Positions 11,362-25,364 of a stretch of 43,236 nt of DNA are shown here, piece after piece (positions within the stretch are counted from its first letter, which is position 1; the number at the start of each line of letters is the position of its first letter). Made by a program: the position numbers and the translations under genes. Under the pieces are notes generated by a model. It was not told the DNA's origin. It did no database searches and saw only the letters and a program-made list of their open reading frames with translations. The stretch spans positions 43,808,439-43,851,674 of the forward strand of contig NC_057728.1 in the NCBI RefSeq assembly GCF_004010195.1, in the 5' to 3' direction. This stretch comes from Chiloscyllium plagiosum (Eukaryota).

Positions 11362-11707
11362 ATAGAATCCTACAGTGTGGAAACAGGCCATTGGCCGAAC
11401 AATCCACACTGACTCTTCAAAGAGTATCCCACCCAGACCCATTTCCTTACCCTATTACTTTCACATTTCCCCTGACTAATGCACCTAACCTATACATCCC
11501 TGAATACAATGGACAATTTAGCATGACCAATTCACCTAGCCTGCACATCTTTGGACTCTGGGAGGATACTGGAGCATCCAGAGGAAACCCATGTAGACAT
11601 GGGGAGAATGTGCAAACTCCACATAGATAGTCACCCAGGGTGGAATCAAACCAGAGTCCCTGGTGCTGTGAGGTAACAGTGGTAACCACTGGGCCACCGC
11701 GCCACCC
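11362..11707 (-). mobile_element. HE1-type V-SINE (older copy)
   Basis: Same tRNA-like head, V-domain and tail as 6093-6417, more diverged. Confidence 0.9.
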
Positions 11708-11974
11708 TACACCCTATGTAACATAATTTCAAATTGTGATTGAATCAGTTCAGTTTTCAACCCAATTCACACCTTCTGTTTTGCTCTGAATTGTGTCTTT
11801 GGGAAAAAATATTGGAGTGAGCTCCACATATCTGTGCATGTATCTGCAAATGCAGGGATACCCTGACCAAAATCTAGCTATCAACCAATATGACCAATAT
11901 CAGATTAAATGCTGCGTACCAACTGGCTCCTGCATTTAACACGGTATGTTATGACACTGCAAAAGTTTGAAGGT

Positions 11975-12228
11975 AGTAGAGTCATGGTACTAATCCAGTA
12001 GCACAAGTTAGTGATACAGAGACATGGGGTAAAATTCCACCAGAACAGATAATACAATTTGAATTAAAGTAATAAATCTAGAAGTAAGAGCTAGTCAAAT
12101 AGTGACCATAAGTCCACTGAAGCTTGTATTTGAAAACTAGTAGAGGTCACGCATGATTTTTATGGAATGAACATTAGTCCATCCTTACCTGATTTAGACT
12201 CCAGATCCATAGCAATTTGGTTGACACT
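11975..12228 (+). mobile_element. Decayed repeat, probably a SINE; second copy at about 18175-18395
   Basis: Blocks shared between the two loci: taatc..., atttga(a/g)tt, aaatct(a/g)gaa-taaga, tga(c/t)ca, and agactc...gcaa/taa...tggttga. Confidence 0.5.
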
Positions 12229-12230
12229 TA

Positions 12231-13042
12231 AGTCATAGAGATGTACAGCACGGAAACAGACCCTTCAGTCCAACTCATCCATGCCGACCAGATATCCCAA
12301 CCCAATCTAGTCCCACCTGCCAGCACCCGGCCCATATCCCTCCAAACCCTTCCTATTCATATACCCATCCAAATGCCTCTTAAATGTTGCAATTGTACCA
12401 GCCTCCACCACATCCTCTGGCAGCTCATTCCATACACGTACCACCCTCTGCGTGAAAACGTTGCCCTTTAGGTCTCTTTTATATCGTTCCCCCCTCACCC
12501 TAAACCTATGCCCTCTAGTTGTGGACTCCCCCACCGCAGGGAAAAAACTTTGCCTATTTATCCTATCCATGCCCCTCATAATTTTGTAAACCTCTATAAG
12601 GTCACCCCTCAGCCTCTGACACTCCAGGAAAAACAGCCCCAGCCTGTTCAGCCTCTCCCTGTAGCTCAGATCCTCCAACCCTGGCAACATCCTTGTAAAT
12701 CTTTTCCGAACGCTTTCAAGTTTCACAGCATCCTTCCGATAGGAAGGAGACCAGAATTGCACGCAATATTCCAACAGTGGCCTAACCAACGTCCTGTACA
12801 GCCGCAACATGACCTCCCAACTCCTGTACTCAATACTCTGACCAATAAAGGAAAGCATACCAAATGCTTTCTTTCGTATCCTATCTACCTGCGACTCCAC
12901 TTTCAAGGAGCTATGAACCTGCACTCCAAGGTCTCTTTGGTCAGCAACACTCCCTAGGACCTTACCATTAAGTGTATAAGTCCTGCTAAGATTTGCTTTC
13001 ACAAAATGCAGCACCTCACATTTATCTGAATTAAACTCCATT
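12231..13042 (-). mobile_element. CR1 LINE (family A) 3' end, well preserved and 5'-truncated
   Basis: Uninterrupted ORF 12307..13071 with MEFNSDKCEVLHF, DLGVQV, LYRTLVRPLLEYCVQFWSP and FTQRVVRVWNELP; tail ...GTACATCTCTATGACT on the minus strand. Confidence 0.95.
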
Positions 13043-14584
13043 GTGTCCCTTGAAATTCCCCAGCAAGCCAATCAATTATATCAAACCGCTATAATGTGTG
13101 ATAAAATGATGAAATGAAATCACATATACCACCTGCCAAGGCCTCCAAAATGACAATAGCGCATGCAACACTGTCAACAGTGAACATCATTGAGGGTATA
13201 CTTACACCACATGGACAGCAGTGTCTCAAAAAGGCACCACTACTTCTCAAGGGCAATGAACATGGGCAATAAATCCTCATGTAGCCAGCAACATTACTAT
13301 CCCTGATTTTAAAGAAGAAATTGGCTGAGAAGTGGTTGAGAGACCTACTGAGGACACGAAAGGGTACTTTATAAATTAATTATTTCTCTTCCATGATGTG
13401 ATGTTTATATAATATCTGCAAACATATTGAGAAAAATATTCCCAGGTTTGGCTGCAACCAAAATACTGGTAATTGAAGTCAGGTTGGGATTCCAATGTGA
13501 TCCCATCTTTTCCAAGTGGCACAGAAGATGAGTGATGACGTGTTGCATCCAATAGTAAGTATACCTTTAAGAGACACAATATGTTATTGTTTCTTTAAGA
13601 GAAATACACATAATATCATCACTTCATCTTGAGGGCATATCTCAGGTGCTGACTTAGGATCACTTGAAGCATGACAAACAAATGGAAGCATTCTACTATT
13701 TATAAATTCATAGCTAACTTTATTCCAGACACCTCTGTGTCTATGAAGATGATACTTGTGTCTTTTAGTGAGCTATAATGAATGTTTGTTGGATCTTTTA
13801 AGACCACCTTTTCCATGCCTTGTTTTTTTATATTTCACAGAATAATATAAGCTTTGCTATTTCTGATGAAAATTCCCTGATGGAGACAAACATCCTTGGA
13901 TCTACCATGCAAATAAATAACCAAACTGGGATTGTTAATAAGTCAATTATGAACAGCTGTAGTTCAAAATCCTGGAATTCCTAGCCAAGTCTCCCAATTT
14001 GTCAGAGGCTTGCCAGGATCACTGAGGTAACTACACAATGGGAAAGCTTTTTTAGTCAGATTTACACACCTGGAACATTTCAGATCAGTTGCATTGAATG
14101 GTTCCAACCATGGCCATTGAGAGATGACTATTGAAAACACTGTCACAGAGAGTGTTTTTATTTCTTGGCAGATGATTGTCAACTTCATGGAAGGTACTTA
14201 ACCTGTCTAACACTTCACTTACCTTCAGCAGCACTTCCCTGCTGCCAATCTTCAGCAGCTAATGTGGCTTTACCTTGCACCTCAAAAGCAGACACTTTCC
14301 CACCACCAGGTCAGAAGCAGGAACAACATCTGAAACAGCAGGGATAGTATTTCCTGCTTTCATCTTAGCATCTTCCCCTTCCACAGGTGTTAAACACAGA
14401 GAAAGGTTTGGGATAATTCTTACCCTTTTCTCAATTCTTGACTGATCTGAAGAAGATGCAATTTTGAGATTGAGTTTTTTAAAAAAAGTTGTTTCGAGTG
14501 CTGTGCAGTTAATAATAGACACAAGTAGGCTTTCTTGTCAGTTGAAGTGAAAAGCAAGTATTACAATCTATTTTCACAACACCC

Positions 14585-14910
14585 TGGATAGAATAGATAG
14601 GGATAAACTAATCTTGCTTGTAAAAGGTACAAGAACAAGGGACATAGATTTAAAAGAAGCAAGGATGAAGTGAAGGAAAACAATTTTTACTCAGTGATTA
14701 GTGAGAGTGTGGAATGACTGCCTGGAAGTATGATGGAGTCAGGTTCAATTGAGGAATTCAGGAGGGCATTGGATGATTATTTGGATAAAAATAATGGGGA
14801 AGGGTAGGGGAATAAAGCAGGAAATTGGCATTAGGTAATGATACTCTTTGAATGAGCCAGTGCAGATATGAAGGGCCAAATGGCCTTCTTCTGTGACATA
14901 ACACTTCTGT
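14585..14910 (+). mobile_element. Decayed CR1 LINE 3' end
   Basis: acaagggacatagatttaaa, gagagtgtggaatg-ctgcctg and the gggccaaatggcctt tail motif. Confidence 0.7.
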
Positions 14911-16742
14911 AATTCAGCACCAATCTACTCCATTGTCCACACAATAGTCTGAAGTCATTGACACAAGATGCAGGAATGTTGGATACTTCATCAACATCCT
15001 AGTTATGTACATCTCCCTTTATTACTTTATTTGAAACTCTGTCTTCATGGAGCCAGCAGGTCTAGCACCCATTGTCATTTTTAAATTCTTCCTTTGACAT
15101 GACAAATAGTGGTCAATTGTCCCTGTATTTGGTTGCATTGGGACATGCACATAACCCACTCAAAGGCATATGCTGTCACTACCAGTAATTGTCTGTAATG
15201 GCTTTACACTTAAAGTTTGTTTCTTCAGTGAAGCAGCCTGTTGCATCTGATTTGAAGCTCAAAACTACTGACCAAAAGAAGCTCAAAAAGAGTCTTTACT
15301 GTGTCTCCTGCTGCCTTATTTGTTGCCCCACAACTCAAGCAAAGTGGTGTGTCTAGTCACAAATGGGAAGATGCGGAAAACAGAAAGTGGTTTCAACAAG
15401 TGGGATGGCAGGGAAGCATCATGTGAACAGTGTAGGGACCAAGGAGCAGATCACAAAGGCAGCAAAACAGCTCACCAGTGGGGGTCAGTGATGGGATTGG
15501 TAAGTGGGTCACTGATGAGGAACCATGGTCCCACAATAATGATGTAACAGCACCAACACTGGTTCCAATGTATTAACAAGAGAAACAGTGTTATCATGTC
15601 TGTCTCATTGTGTTCAGAAACACAAACAGAGCCAACTGACTTCACAGAGCCAGTTTTGTGACAGTACGAGGTCAATATTTCATGTTGCTGCCTCCTTGTC
15701 TTAAAAAGTTATCAGTGCCGATTTCCCAATTAGTTTTACAATCATGAAGTGAGTGTCACACAGGCCAGACAGAATGGACACTGAGATCCAACTGAAAGGC
15801 TGTGAGACCCTAACATGTGTTCCAGAGGTAGAGAGTCAGCTCTGTTAATTATTCTAAACATCAGTGTTTCAAAAGGCTAAATTCTTATAGCAAGTTATTT
15901 AGATCTTTAGGCTCATGAAACAAGGCATCTTTCCAAGAGGACCTGGTGGGCAAGCATTGCCATTAGTCAACAGGTTTTCAGACATTCAAGGGTCATCAGC
16001 AACACCTACCCCATCTCACACCCCCCACAACTCCCAGAAAGAGTCAGCTCACAGGAGGCTGTGCTATACCTTCTAATATTCCAACATGAATTATCCTAAA
16101 TGATGAAATCCAAGCAAAAGTTTTTGTAAAGGCATAATTTTAATAGGAATGTTTCCTCACTCACCAATTAATTCTCCAGAGACCCTTGTAAGAAGTGCAC
16201 AAAGCATTTTCTCACCATTAAGAAGTTTCTGCTACAGAATAATGAGCAATAAAAATGATGTGCAATGAGCTAAAAGGTTTAGAGCAATACATTTGTAGGT
16301 CCAAGGGGTCTGAAACATGAGAATGATCATAACTAACTCCATAAAAAGTTGCATATAGCTATTCTTATATATTTTAAATACTGTCAGTTTCATGCCTTTC
16401 TAACTATCTGTCTCTCTCTCTCTAGCACTCTTTTTTTTCTCTCTCATTTCTTCCATATCATCCTGATGAAATATGTGCCCTGCTTTCCTTTATTCTTTAT
16501 AAATACTGGTAGGGGAATCAGATTATTGCTATAATGATTTACTTGCTGGCTAGGCAGAATTTATTGTTTATGCCCAATTTATGGAAAGGAAGAATCAATT
16601 CCAGGGACTTTATGAATATTTGAAAGAATATCAATTCAACACGTAATTTTTTCTGTGACTATTGATATTTTTGAATGCATCATAATACTTTTTTTATGTA
16701 AATGTAATCAGTCAGATTGTTTTGTGACAAGGTAATTTTTCA

Positions 16743-16940
16743 AGTCATAGAGATGGACAGCACGGAATCAGACCCTTGGGTCCAACCTGTCCATGCCGAC
16801 CAGATATCCCAACCCAATCTAGTCCCACCTGCCAGCACCCGGCCTATATCCCTCCAAACCCTTCCTATTCATATACCCATCCAGATAACTTTTAAATGTT
16901 GCAATTGTACTAGCCTTCACCACTTCCTCTGTCAGCTCAT
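16743..16940 (-). mobile_element. CR1 LINE (family A) short 3' fragment
   Basis: Near-identical to 12231-12428. Confidence 0.92.
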
Positions 16941-17764
16941 GAGAATTATTAAAATCACATTTGATGAACAAACAAGCCATTTACCCACAATGAATTTCTA
17001 AATCGATACTGAAGTGTTATTTAAAGTTTTCTTTCACAAGCCTACTGATTGAAATCTCCAAGTGATATATTCCTCAGCATAAAGGACAAAAGGTAAAAAA
17101 TACAATATCTGTGCTTAGTCAGCTGATATTATTCGAGGAAGGGATGATTTAATTGGTTTCAGTGTATTTGGATCAAGAAAGAAAAAGCAATTAGCCTGAT
17201 TCACTGCTTTTAATTGCTAGCCAGTGACATATGCATCTCTGGGTGTGGGATGAAGACTGGTTAAAGATTGGCTGTGATACACCACAGGCTTAAATTGCCT
17301 GCTACTAATCCTTAGATTACTTTCATACCTGAATCATGGGCAGGGTATCAATTGAATCATACCCAAAGATTGTCAGCAAAGGAACATAATTTGGCATAAT
17401 AAAAAGCTTTTAAAAATGGCAAAAAAAAATTAAAATTTTCTCATTGGCTTTGTAGTATATATATTTAGCTACAGAAAAGTCTTGAGCAATGTGCATACAT
17501 CCTGCTCCAACAAAATAGCCTTGCTTTAATGCAGAACAAATTTTCTAAAGAGAGAAAGAAAACCAATCAACCCTATGTAGGTCTTGAATCACAGATATTC
17601 CAAATAGCAGAGTTTCTAAACCAAGCAATCGAACTCTGAATGGCTTAGGGAGGTTACTAACATAAAACAGTCAGATATGATGAGCTTAAGGACTCAGATT
17701 CTAGCATGATTATATGGTATGACACTATAGCTATTATAAAATAATGTGATGTCCAACATATTAT

Positions 17765-17850
17765 TTACAACATCATAGGGGTCTGCTACGATAGCAAAAA
17801 GAAAAAGTTACAACATCACAGGGAGTCTGTTAGGATGACAAAACGAACAA
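17765..17850. repeat. Imperfect tandem duplication, period 43 bp
   Basis: TTACAACATCA at 17765 and 17808, each followed by aggg-gtctg-ta-gat--caaaa-gaa. Confidence 0.7.
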
Positions 17851-17995
17851 TTAGACTTGAGCTTGGTACAAATGAAATTTATATGCAATGGAATATATAC
17901 CAAATCTGTATTCCCAATGATATTGGTATTTACTCTTTTAAAATGTATTAATATCTTTCCAATAGGTCCATTTAGCCCCCTGACTTAAATCAGAT

Positions 17996-18800
17996 GAAAT
18001 AGAACATAGAAACATTGAATGTAGGAACAGGAATGGACCATTCAGCCCTTTGAGGTTTCTCTGCCATTCATTGTGATTATGGTTGATTATCCAACTCAGT
18101 ACCCTGGTCTTGCTTTCCCTCCGTATCCTTTGATTCCTTTAGTTGTAAGAATGATATCTGAATCCCTTTTGAAGGAAAGGCAATTGCCTAATTGTGTTAT
18201 TGCTAGAGAATTAATCAAAAGACACAGGTAATGTTCTGAGGACACGGTTTCAAACGCCTCTCCCAGCAGATTATGGAATTTGAGTTCAATGAAAATCTGG
18301 AATTAAGAATCTAACAATGATCACAAATCTGTAGCCTGGCCTCCATGGGACTTCAGACTCACAGTAAGGTGGTTGAGACTTAACTGCCATCTGGGTAAAC
18401 AGTCTGGTGAATCTTCATTGCACTGCCTCAATAGTCAGAACATCTTTCCTCAGGTGAAGCAATATTCCAGGTGTGGTCTTAACAATGCCCTTTACAACTG
18501 AGGTAAGACATATCTGCTGTTGCATTAGAATCCTCTCACTGTTGAATTCAACATACCATTTGCCTTCTTCACTACCTGCTGTGCCTGCGTGCTTACTTTC
18601 AATGGCTGATGTTCAAGGACACTGATGTCCAGTTGCACCTCCCACGTTCTCAATCTATCCTCATTAAGATAATAGTCTACCAATCTTTTTTGCCACTGAA
18701 ATAGATAATCTCACATTTATTTACATTATACTACATGTGCCATATATTTGCTCACTTACTAAATTTGTCCAAATCACACTGAAACTTTTCTACATCTTCC
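17996..18800 (-). mobile_element. Decayed CR1 LINE 3' portion interrupted by a SINE-like repeat
   Basis: Tail atagaacatagaaaca...ccattcagccc, then caatattccaggtgtggtct (reverse of RPHLEYC) and tcacatttatttacattatact. Confidence 0.75.
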
Positions 18801-18879
18801 CTAACATTTACATTATATTTATAAAAGTGAAAACATATTAGTTACCATTGCTAAAATGGAAATCAAGAGTGACTCTTAC

Positions 18880-18943
18880 TTCAATGATATCTGTTTTCCC
18901 AAAGTATGCAGCAGTATGTAATAATGTGCTACCATTAATGCAT
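18880..18943 (-). CDS. Ankyrin-repeat protein, internal exon D (64 nt, phase 2-0)
   Basis: Acceptor ...ttctctgttttaatag|, donor |gtaaga. Encodes (R)CINGSTLLHTAAYFGKTDIIE, a canonical ankyrin G-x-T-x-L-H-x-A-A-x-x-G start. Confidence 0.92.
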
Positions 18944-19719
18944 CTATTTAAAACAGAGAAGTTGCAATTAGAATTAAGTTGCAATTCTATTTTATACAAA
19001 AAAATCTATATATAAGATGGATTTACCTAATTTGTCCATGGACTCTAAATCTCAACTTTAAGTATCCTACATAAAATTCTGGTTACTAAATGTCACAGTA
19101 CTAGAAAGAGAAATTTAAAAAATAATAATAAATTTAATGCAAAACAAATTTTGTAAGTTACCATCATACATCAGTTATTAAATTACTAGGAAAGAGTTAT
19201 AAATTAAAACGATGTTGGTTCAAATCAGGTATAAATGAACTTCAACATTTGGATGCAAAATGCAATACCACCAGAGTAGGCAACAGCTTCTGAACAATTT
19301 ATACACCACTGGCACAGACAATAAAAAATATTCAGGATGCAACTGACCAACTCTATAATGTCTGCAGCCAAACTAGAGGCAACACATCTGACCCAGAAAG
19401 AGGTGTTTAATTATTTACAGACAACTTTAGCCCTTTACTTCAGGAGGAAAGAGTTTCTGAAGTAACATAATGGGGGTTTAATCTGCAAAGCCAGTTTTGT
19501 GCTCCTTCATTGCAAGATATTACTTGTGTGCATCAGTAAAAAATAAAATATTGTTAAGAATTTGATTTACAACTAATTTATCTGCTGATAATAATTAAAG
19601 AGAAGCAACACATTTTGGAAGCTAGCACTTCAATAATGAGTTATGTTCAAATTCAAAACAATTTGAATATTTAGTGATTATTTATTTGTTTAAATGTCAG
19701 TTGACAGCTACAAGGTACA

Positions 19720-19917
19720 AAGGAAGATGAATGTGGTTGTTGGCATTCAGTCAAATCCACTCCAGAACATTTCTGCAGGAGTTCCACAGAGTAGTGTCTT
19801 AGACCCAACCACGACCAACTCCAATAAGAGAGAATCTAAATATTTCCCGCTAACATTCAACAGCATTACCATCGCTGATTCCTCCCCTGTCAACAACCTT
19901 GGCGTTACCATTGACAG
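19720..19917 (+). mobile_element. Family B LINE RT fragment
   Basis: QNISAGVPQSSVLDP and PLTFNSITI...LGVTID in ORF 19694..19966. Confidence 0.7.
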
Positions 19918-19919
19918 AT

Positions 19920-21385
19920 GTTTGCAGGTAAAGGGACGGCTGGAAAATGAGAAGCCTTCAAAATGAGAAAACAAGAGTTCAGAGACAGTATATTCCTGTT
20001 AGGGTGAAAGGAACGCCTGGTAGGTGTAGGGAATGCTGGATGACTAGAGAAATTGAGGTTTTGATTAAGAGAAAGAAGGAAGCATATGTCAGGTAAAGAA
20101 AGGAGAGATTGAGTGAATCCTCAGAAGAGTATAAAGGCACTAGCACTATACTTAAGACAGAAATCAGGAGGACAAAAATGGGACATGAGATAGCTTTGGT
20201 GAACAGGGTTAAGGAGAATTCAAATGGTTTTTATAAATACATTAAGGACAAAAGGGTATCTAGGGAGAGAATAAGGCCCCTCAAAGATCAGCGAAGCAGC
20301 CTATGTGTGGAGCTGCAGGAGATGGGGAGATACTAAACGAGCATTTAGCATCAATATTTATTGTGGAGAAGGACATGGAAGGTGTGGAATGTGGAGAAAT
20401 AGATAGTGATATCTTGAACAAGTCCATATTACAGAGGAGGTGGTGTTGGATGTCTTGAAACGCATAAAAGTGGATAAATCACCAGGACCTGATCTGGTGT
20501 TACTTAGAACTCTGGGACCCTTGCTGAAATATTTGTATCATCGATAGTCACAGGTGAGGTGCCAGAGGACTGGAGGTTGGTTAAAGTGGTACCACTATTT
20601 AAGAAAGGTGGTAAGGAAAAGCCAGGGATCTATAAACTGGTGAGCCTGACATCAGTGATGGGCAAGTTGTTGGTGGGAATCCTGAGGGACAGGATTTACA
20701 TGTATTTATAAAGGTAAGGACTGATTAGGGATAGTCAGCATGGCTTTGTGCGTGGGAAATCATGTCTCACGAACTTGATTGAGTTTTTTGAGGAAGGGAA
20801 GTCTTATTGAAACTGAACAAGGTGTTGGTGAATCCACAGCTGGAGTACTGTGCGTAGTTTTGGTTCCTTTATTTAAGAAAAGGGATAATTTCATTGGAAG
20901 CAGTTCAGAGAAGTTTCACTAGTTTGTTTCCTGGAATGGAGGGATTGTATTATGAGCAAAGGCTAAACAGTTTGGGACTCGACTCAGCAGAGTTCTGAAG
21001 AATTAGGAATAGTCTCTTTGCAAAAAATAGGATTCTTAAGGGGTTTGATAAGGTTAATGCTGAGAGAATGTTTTACCACATGGGAGAGTCTAGGACCAGA
21101 GGGCATAGTCAAAGAATAAAGGTTTGTCGATTTAAGACTGAGAAGAGGAGGAATTACTTCTCTTAGTGGGTTGAGAGTCTTTGGAACTCCTTTCCATGGA
21201 GAGCTATGGGAGAGTTCTTGTGGATCTTTAAGGCTGATATTGATAGACTGTTGTTCAGTCAGGGAATCAGGGGAAATGCAGGGAAGTGGATATGAGGAAT
21301 GTCAGATCAGCCATGATCGTATTGAATGGTGGAGCAGGCTCAAGGGCCCATTTGGCTGCTCCTGTTTCTATTTGTCATGGTCTTA
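19920..21385 (+). mobile_element. Decayed CR1 ORF2 pieces (tether and RT start joined to a 3' end)
   Basis: FYKYIKDKR, DKSPGPD, VPEDWRL, VVPLFKKG and SQHGFVRGKSCLTNLIEFFEE, then a jump at about 20797 to PQLEYC...FW and a gatcagccatgatcgtattgaatgg tail. Confidence 0.88.
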
Positions 21386-21389
21386 TGCA

Positions 21390-22035
21390 TGTCGCTGGCT
21401 GGACCAGTATTTATCACCTGCTTTTAGTTACTGTGGAGGAGGTGCTGATGAGCTGCCTTCTTGTACCACTGCAGTCCATGTTTTCTCGGTAGACCTACAA
21501 TGCTATTAGGGAGGGAATTCCATTGTTTTGATCCAACAACACTGAAGGAACAGCAGTATATTTCCAAGTCAGGATGGGGGTTCATTTGGAGGGAAACTTG
21601 CAGGTGGTGATGATCCCATGTATCAGTTGTTTTTGTCCTTCTGGTTAGAAGTGGTCACGACTTCGGAAGATATGAATTTCTGCAGTGCATCTTATAAGTG
21701 ACAGGCCATAGTAACAATGTGTGTCAGTGGTGGAGAGACTGGAAGGCCCATCTAAATTCCATGGTTACAAAAGTAGGTCAGCGGCCGATGGCACCATCAG
21801 GACCAAGAAGCCTGCTTAACTGGCACCACATCCATAAACATTCATTCATTCCTTCCACCATTGAAGCTTAGTGTACCAGTAATGCATTCCATCTACATGA
21901 TGCACTGCAGAAATTTACCAAAACTCTTTTTATAGCAGCTTCCAAATCTGAGATCATTGCCATCTAGAAGGGCCACAGCAGCATAGACAAGGAAATACTA
22001 CCACCTGCCAGCCACTTAGCATCCTGAGTTGGAAC
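21390..22035. mobile_element. Two decayed family B LINE 3' fragments in opposite orientation (minus about 21390-21740, plus about 21820-22035)
   Basis: The first resembles 35950-36300; the second resembles the reverse complement of 6780-6880 and 36110-36310. Confidence 0.6.
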
Positions 22036-23629
22036 TTTCTTACTGTTCTTTGAAAGGAGTTCAACAGGGCCATGTGTATTCAGGAACACACCATTCTGCC
22101 AACGTTGATATGCATTGAGCAAATGGGACCCCACCAATCCAGCATTAATGCATCCCACAGTCCCAGAAATATCAGTCTGTGCTCAACTAGTTATTCAAAT
22201 CTCAGAATGTAAATGAACACAGATTATACACAAAACACAGTATAAAGTGAGAAATTTTACTTATCCATGTGTTTTTCCTCATTGTTATCTCAGAATGTTG
22301 CAGAGGTGGTTTGCTCCAGAATGTCAGGAAGGCAGAACACACCAGTTTAGGACAAGAACATGAGGCTCATAATCCAGAAGGAGCAAAGACTGAGGGGCAG
22401 CTTGCATCCAAGAGAAAGTACAAAACCCTCCCAGTGTAACAACAAGAAGTATTAGGAGATGGCCAGGCATACAATGAGAAAATACATTGCTCATGGAGAC
22501 AGTTCCACAAGTGGCTCCATGGTCAGAAGCCTCGAGCAAGGTGAGTTGCTTGACAAAAACATTCAGATGACCCTGTGCACAGGAAGAAACAGCAGCAGGG
22601 GCACCACTAGTCAGCACCTTTCCTTTAACATAGATCAATGTATAGCCACTAGTTTTACTTGTCATTTTGCCTCCTTGACCATCACCAAAGGTAAAATCCT
22701 GACAATTGTTGACAACGATTGGTTTCCATAAGTATGCTGATCCCATCTAACTCTCCAGTATCTCCTTCAGCCCTATACCATCGCAACTTTTTCCCTGTTC
22801 ATCACAACCTTAGCTCCATTGCTCAGGTCAGGGATCATTAGGAATGCAGGGTATGCTCCTGCAGGATTCTCAACATTAGGATGGATGCAAACCAGAAATT
22901 GTGATTGTTCCTCAACTATTATCTTCCTATGGTAATTGAAAAACAAAGACTCATTTTCCATGTGGATGATGCTTGACTCTTTTTCTCTACTGCTGTATTT
23001 TTATAATTGGTAAACAGCAAACAAAGACAAAGATAGTTGGTGAAAACAATCTACCAAGTGCCACATTTTGGTGGAAATGGCAAATACTGCAAATAACCAG
23101 GAGCAGTCATTTGGGAACTCTCCTACTTCATAAAAAACTTCTTCAAAGCAATTTTCAGTCCCATGTACCTTGTTAATATGGATTACTAAGGAAATATTTC
23201 CTGGACAAGATATCATTAGCCAATCCCTACCTGCCCCCTTACATCAGCACAGGCAGCTGTCATCTCATTCTGAACATCTGCTGATCAGTGGATTCCTCAT
23301 ATGAGGCTCCAGTGACTCAGATGAAGTTAAAGATAACTCAACAATGTGAAATTTCCCCTTACCCTCTATACCCTGGGGTCAGTTCCAAGCATTCCCGAGT
23401 CACATCCTGCCACTTTGAGCATAGTCCTTATCGTGAAACTTTCAATCAGGTTTCATAAGCAAGATTATTGACGGTAATTATTTGATCTCTCTGAAAGCCT
23501 TTTGGTGATTGGAAGTTGCAATAGATTAAATTTGTTGTGTGTCTAAAGATGTGGTCCTGTGTGTAATCTATAGACAAATGTCAGAATAAATGCATTCGAT
23601 TTCAGTAGCAACTGTATAAGAAAACCTAC

Positions 23630-23750
23630 CTGCTTCTTGGACTGCTCATGAAACTCATATTTGTTAAGTGATTGTGAACCATATCTTCAAGAATATCTGT
23701 GTCCCCATGGACGATCATGGGGATTGCTGATGACCAATAAGCATAGTAAC
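23630..23750 (-). CDS. Ankyrin-repeat protein, internal exon C (121 nt, phase 1-2)
   Basis: Acceptor ...ttttatttgtacctag|, donor |gtaggt. Open in the phase required by exon B: (S)YYAYWSSAIPMIVHGDTDILEDMVHNHLTNMSFMSSPRS(R). Its phases bridge exons B and D exactly. Confidence 0.85.
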
Positions 23751-24614
23751 CTAGGTACAAATAAAAACATGGGGAGCTCAAAACATTAAGGGTGTAGTGC
23801 ACAATAGAATAATAGCATGATGCTACATTTTTCTGATGCCATATTGTACGTAAGCTTGATTCAATAATTTGTGGTGAAATAATGTGTATTTTAGAACACT
23901 ATTTTCCATTTGGCACTCATTTATTGACTGTAAAGTATCAAGTTAATTTAAATCACTATTCAGACTGAAATAATTTAATCATGTTTGCTATGGGAAAACT
24001 CTACTACTGTATTTTCCAAACAAAAGTAAATCTCACCAGCAGTACTTCTATTAATAACCAAAGAATTAAAAATAGTGACCTACTTTTGATATGAATGCAG
24101 TCTCTTCCTTCAAGCAATATAACTAGCAGCCAATGGCTGATAATCACACAGACAAAACATTTTTGAACACTTTAACAAAACTTGTGTATTTATGGTGAGC
24201 CTCAGGTTCTTCTGTTGAAAGAAAATGTTACTGGGTGAGGGGGTAAGTGAAATATTACAATTTGAGCTTGACCCAAACATTGTATTCGTGATTATCACAA
24301 AAGACAGTTCCATAGACAAGGCTGCATATTCTATGAAGTTGGAATTTATTCTTTATTATGCAATAAACAAGATATAGCATCCCTTAGAACTAACCCTTCA
24401 GACACTGGACTACACTGGAAATAATATAGGCTGCCTATCATTTATTCTTGATTTCTCCAGTCATTTTAAAAGAACTACTGATAGCCCATATTAGTTCATG
24501 CTAAAACTGAATTAAAATATACAGCATGACAAAATTTATATTGAAACCATACATCACTGATACTTCGAACCTTCTCTGAGACAAAATATATTGAAAATAC
24601 TAAGATAAATAAGT

Positions 24615-25030
24615 CCATAATAAATAGAGGCAGGAGTGGCCAATTGGCCCAGTGAGCTCCTTTGTCCTTTAGTAAGATCACAGCTGATCTGATTTGTTTG
24701 TGGCCTTAACTCTACTTTCTTGCCTGTAGCTCAAAATCCTGAATTCCCTTGTTTATCAAATATTTGCCTTCACTGCTATCTCTGAGAGAACTTCCACAGT
24801 CAAATGACCCTCTGAGAAAAGATATTCATCTTCATTCTAAATTATGGACATCATATGAATAAACTGTGCTCCTTGTTCTAGATTCCACCACTAAAGTAAA
24901 CGTAAATTTAGCATTTACACTGTCAAGCTCATTCAGTGTCTTACACATTTTAATAAGATTCATTCTTCTAACTCCAAGTAATATAGGCACATCCTCCTTA
25001 ACCTTTTCTCATAAGACAAGCAGTTCATTC
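24615..25030 (-). mobile_element. Highly decayed CR1 3' end
   Basis: gcaggagtggccaatt..., aagatcacagctgatctg and ttccacag...accctctgagaaaa, matching other CR1 tails in the window. Confidence 0.6.
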
Positions 25031-25364
25031 CAGCAGTCCACCTTCTGGGATAAGGATGGGCAGTTTTTACACCCCCACAATTTTATTGAATTTGGGTTCC
25101 TTCTGTAAGTAGATATAGCTCTCAGACTCTCAGAGGAGGTGTAAACCATAGGAGACCATCAGTACCAATTTTGGAAACCTTGTTCCTGGGACCCTTTCAC
25201 TGACGTGTTTTGAAATAGAAAATTATATTATTTCAGTTTCCAGAGTTAGTTGTATTTTTACTGCAGTGATTGATTGTAGGACTCTATTCTGCAACTCAAA
25301 GGAGCTTGACTATTAAATTGATTACCAGTAAGGTGTTGAGATGCAACAGAATACTTTTTACATT

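Noticed and set aside
13376..13564. Possible terminal exon in minus ORF 13376..13579
   Set aside because: No ankyrin similarity and no support beyond an AG-preceded open frame.
14223..14329. Minus-strand segment bounded by a good acceptor and AAG|GTAAGT
   Set aside because: Stops in all three frames; a non-coding or poison exon cannot be supported without RNA data.
21960..23220. Several 60-140 aa ORFs in non-repeat-looking sequence
   Set aside because: No recognisable motif or consistent splice structure; left unexplained.
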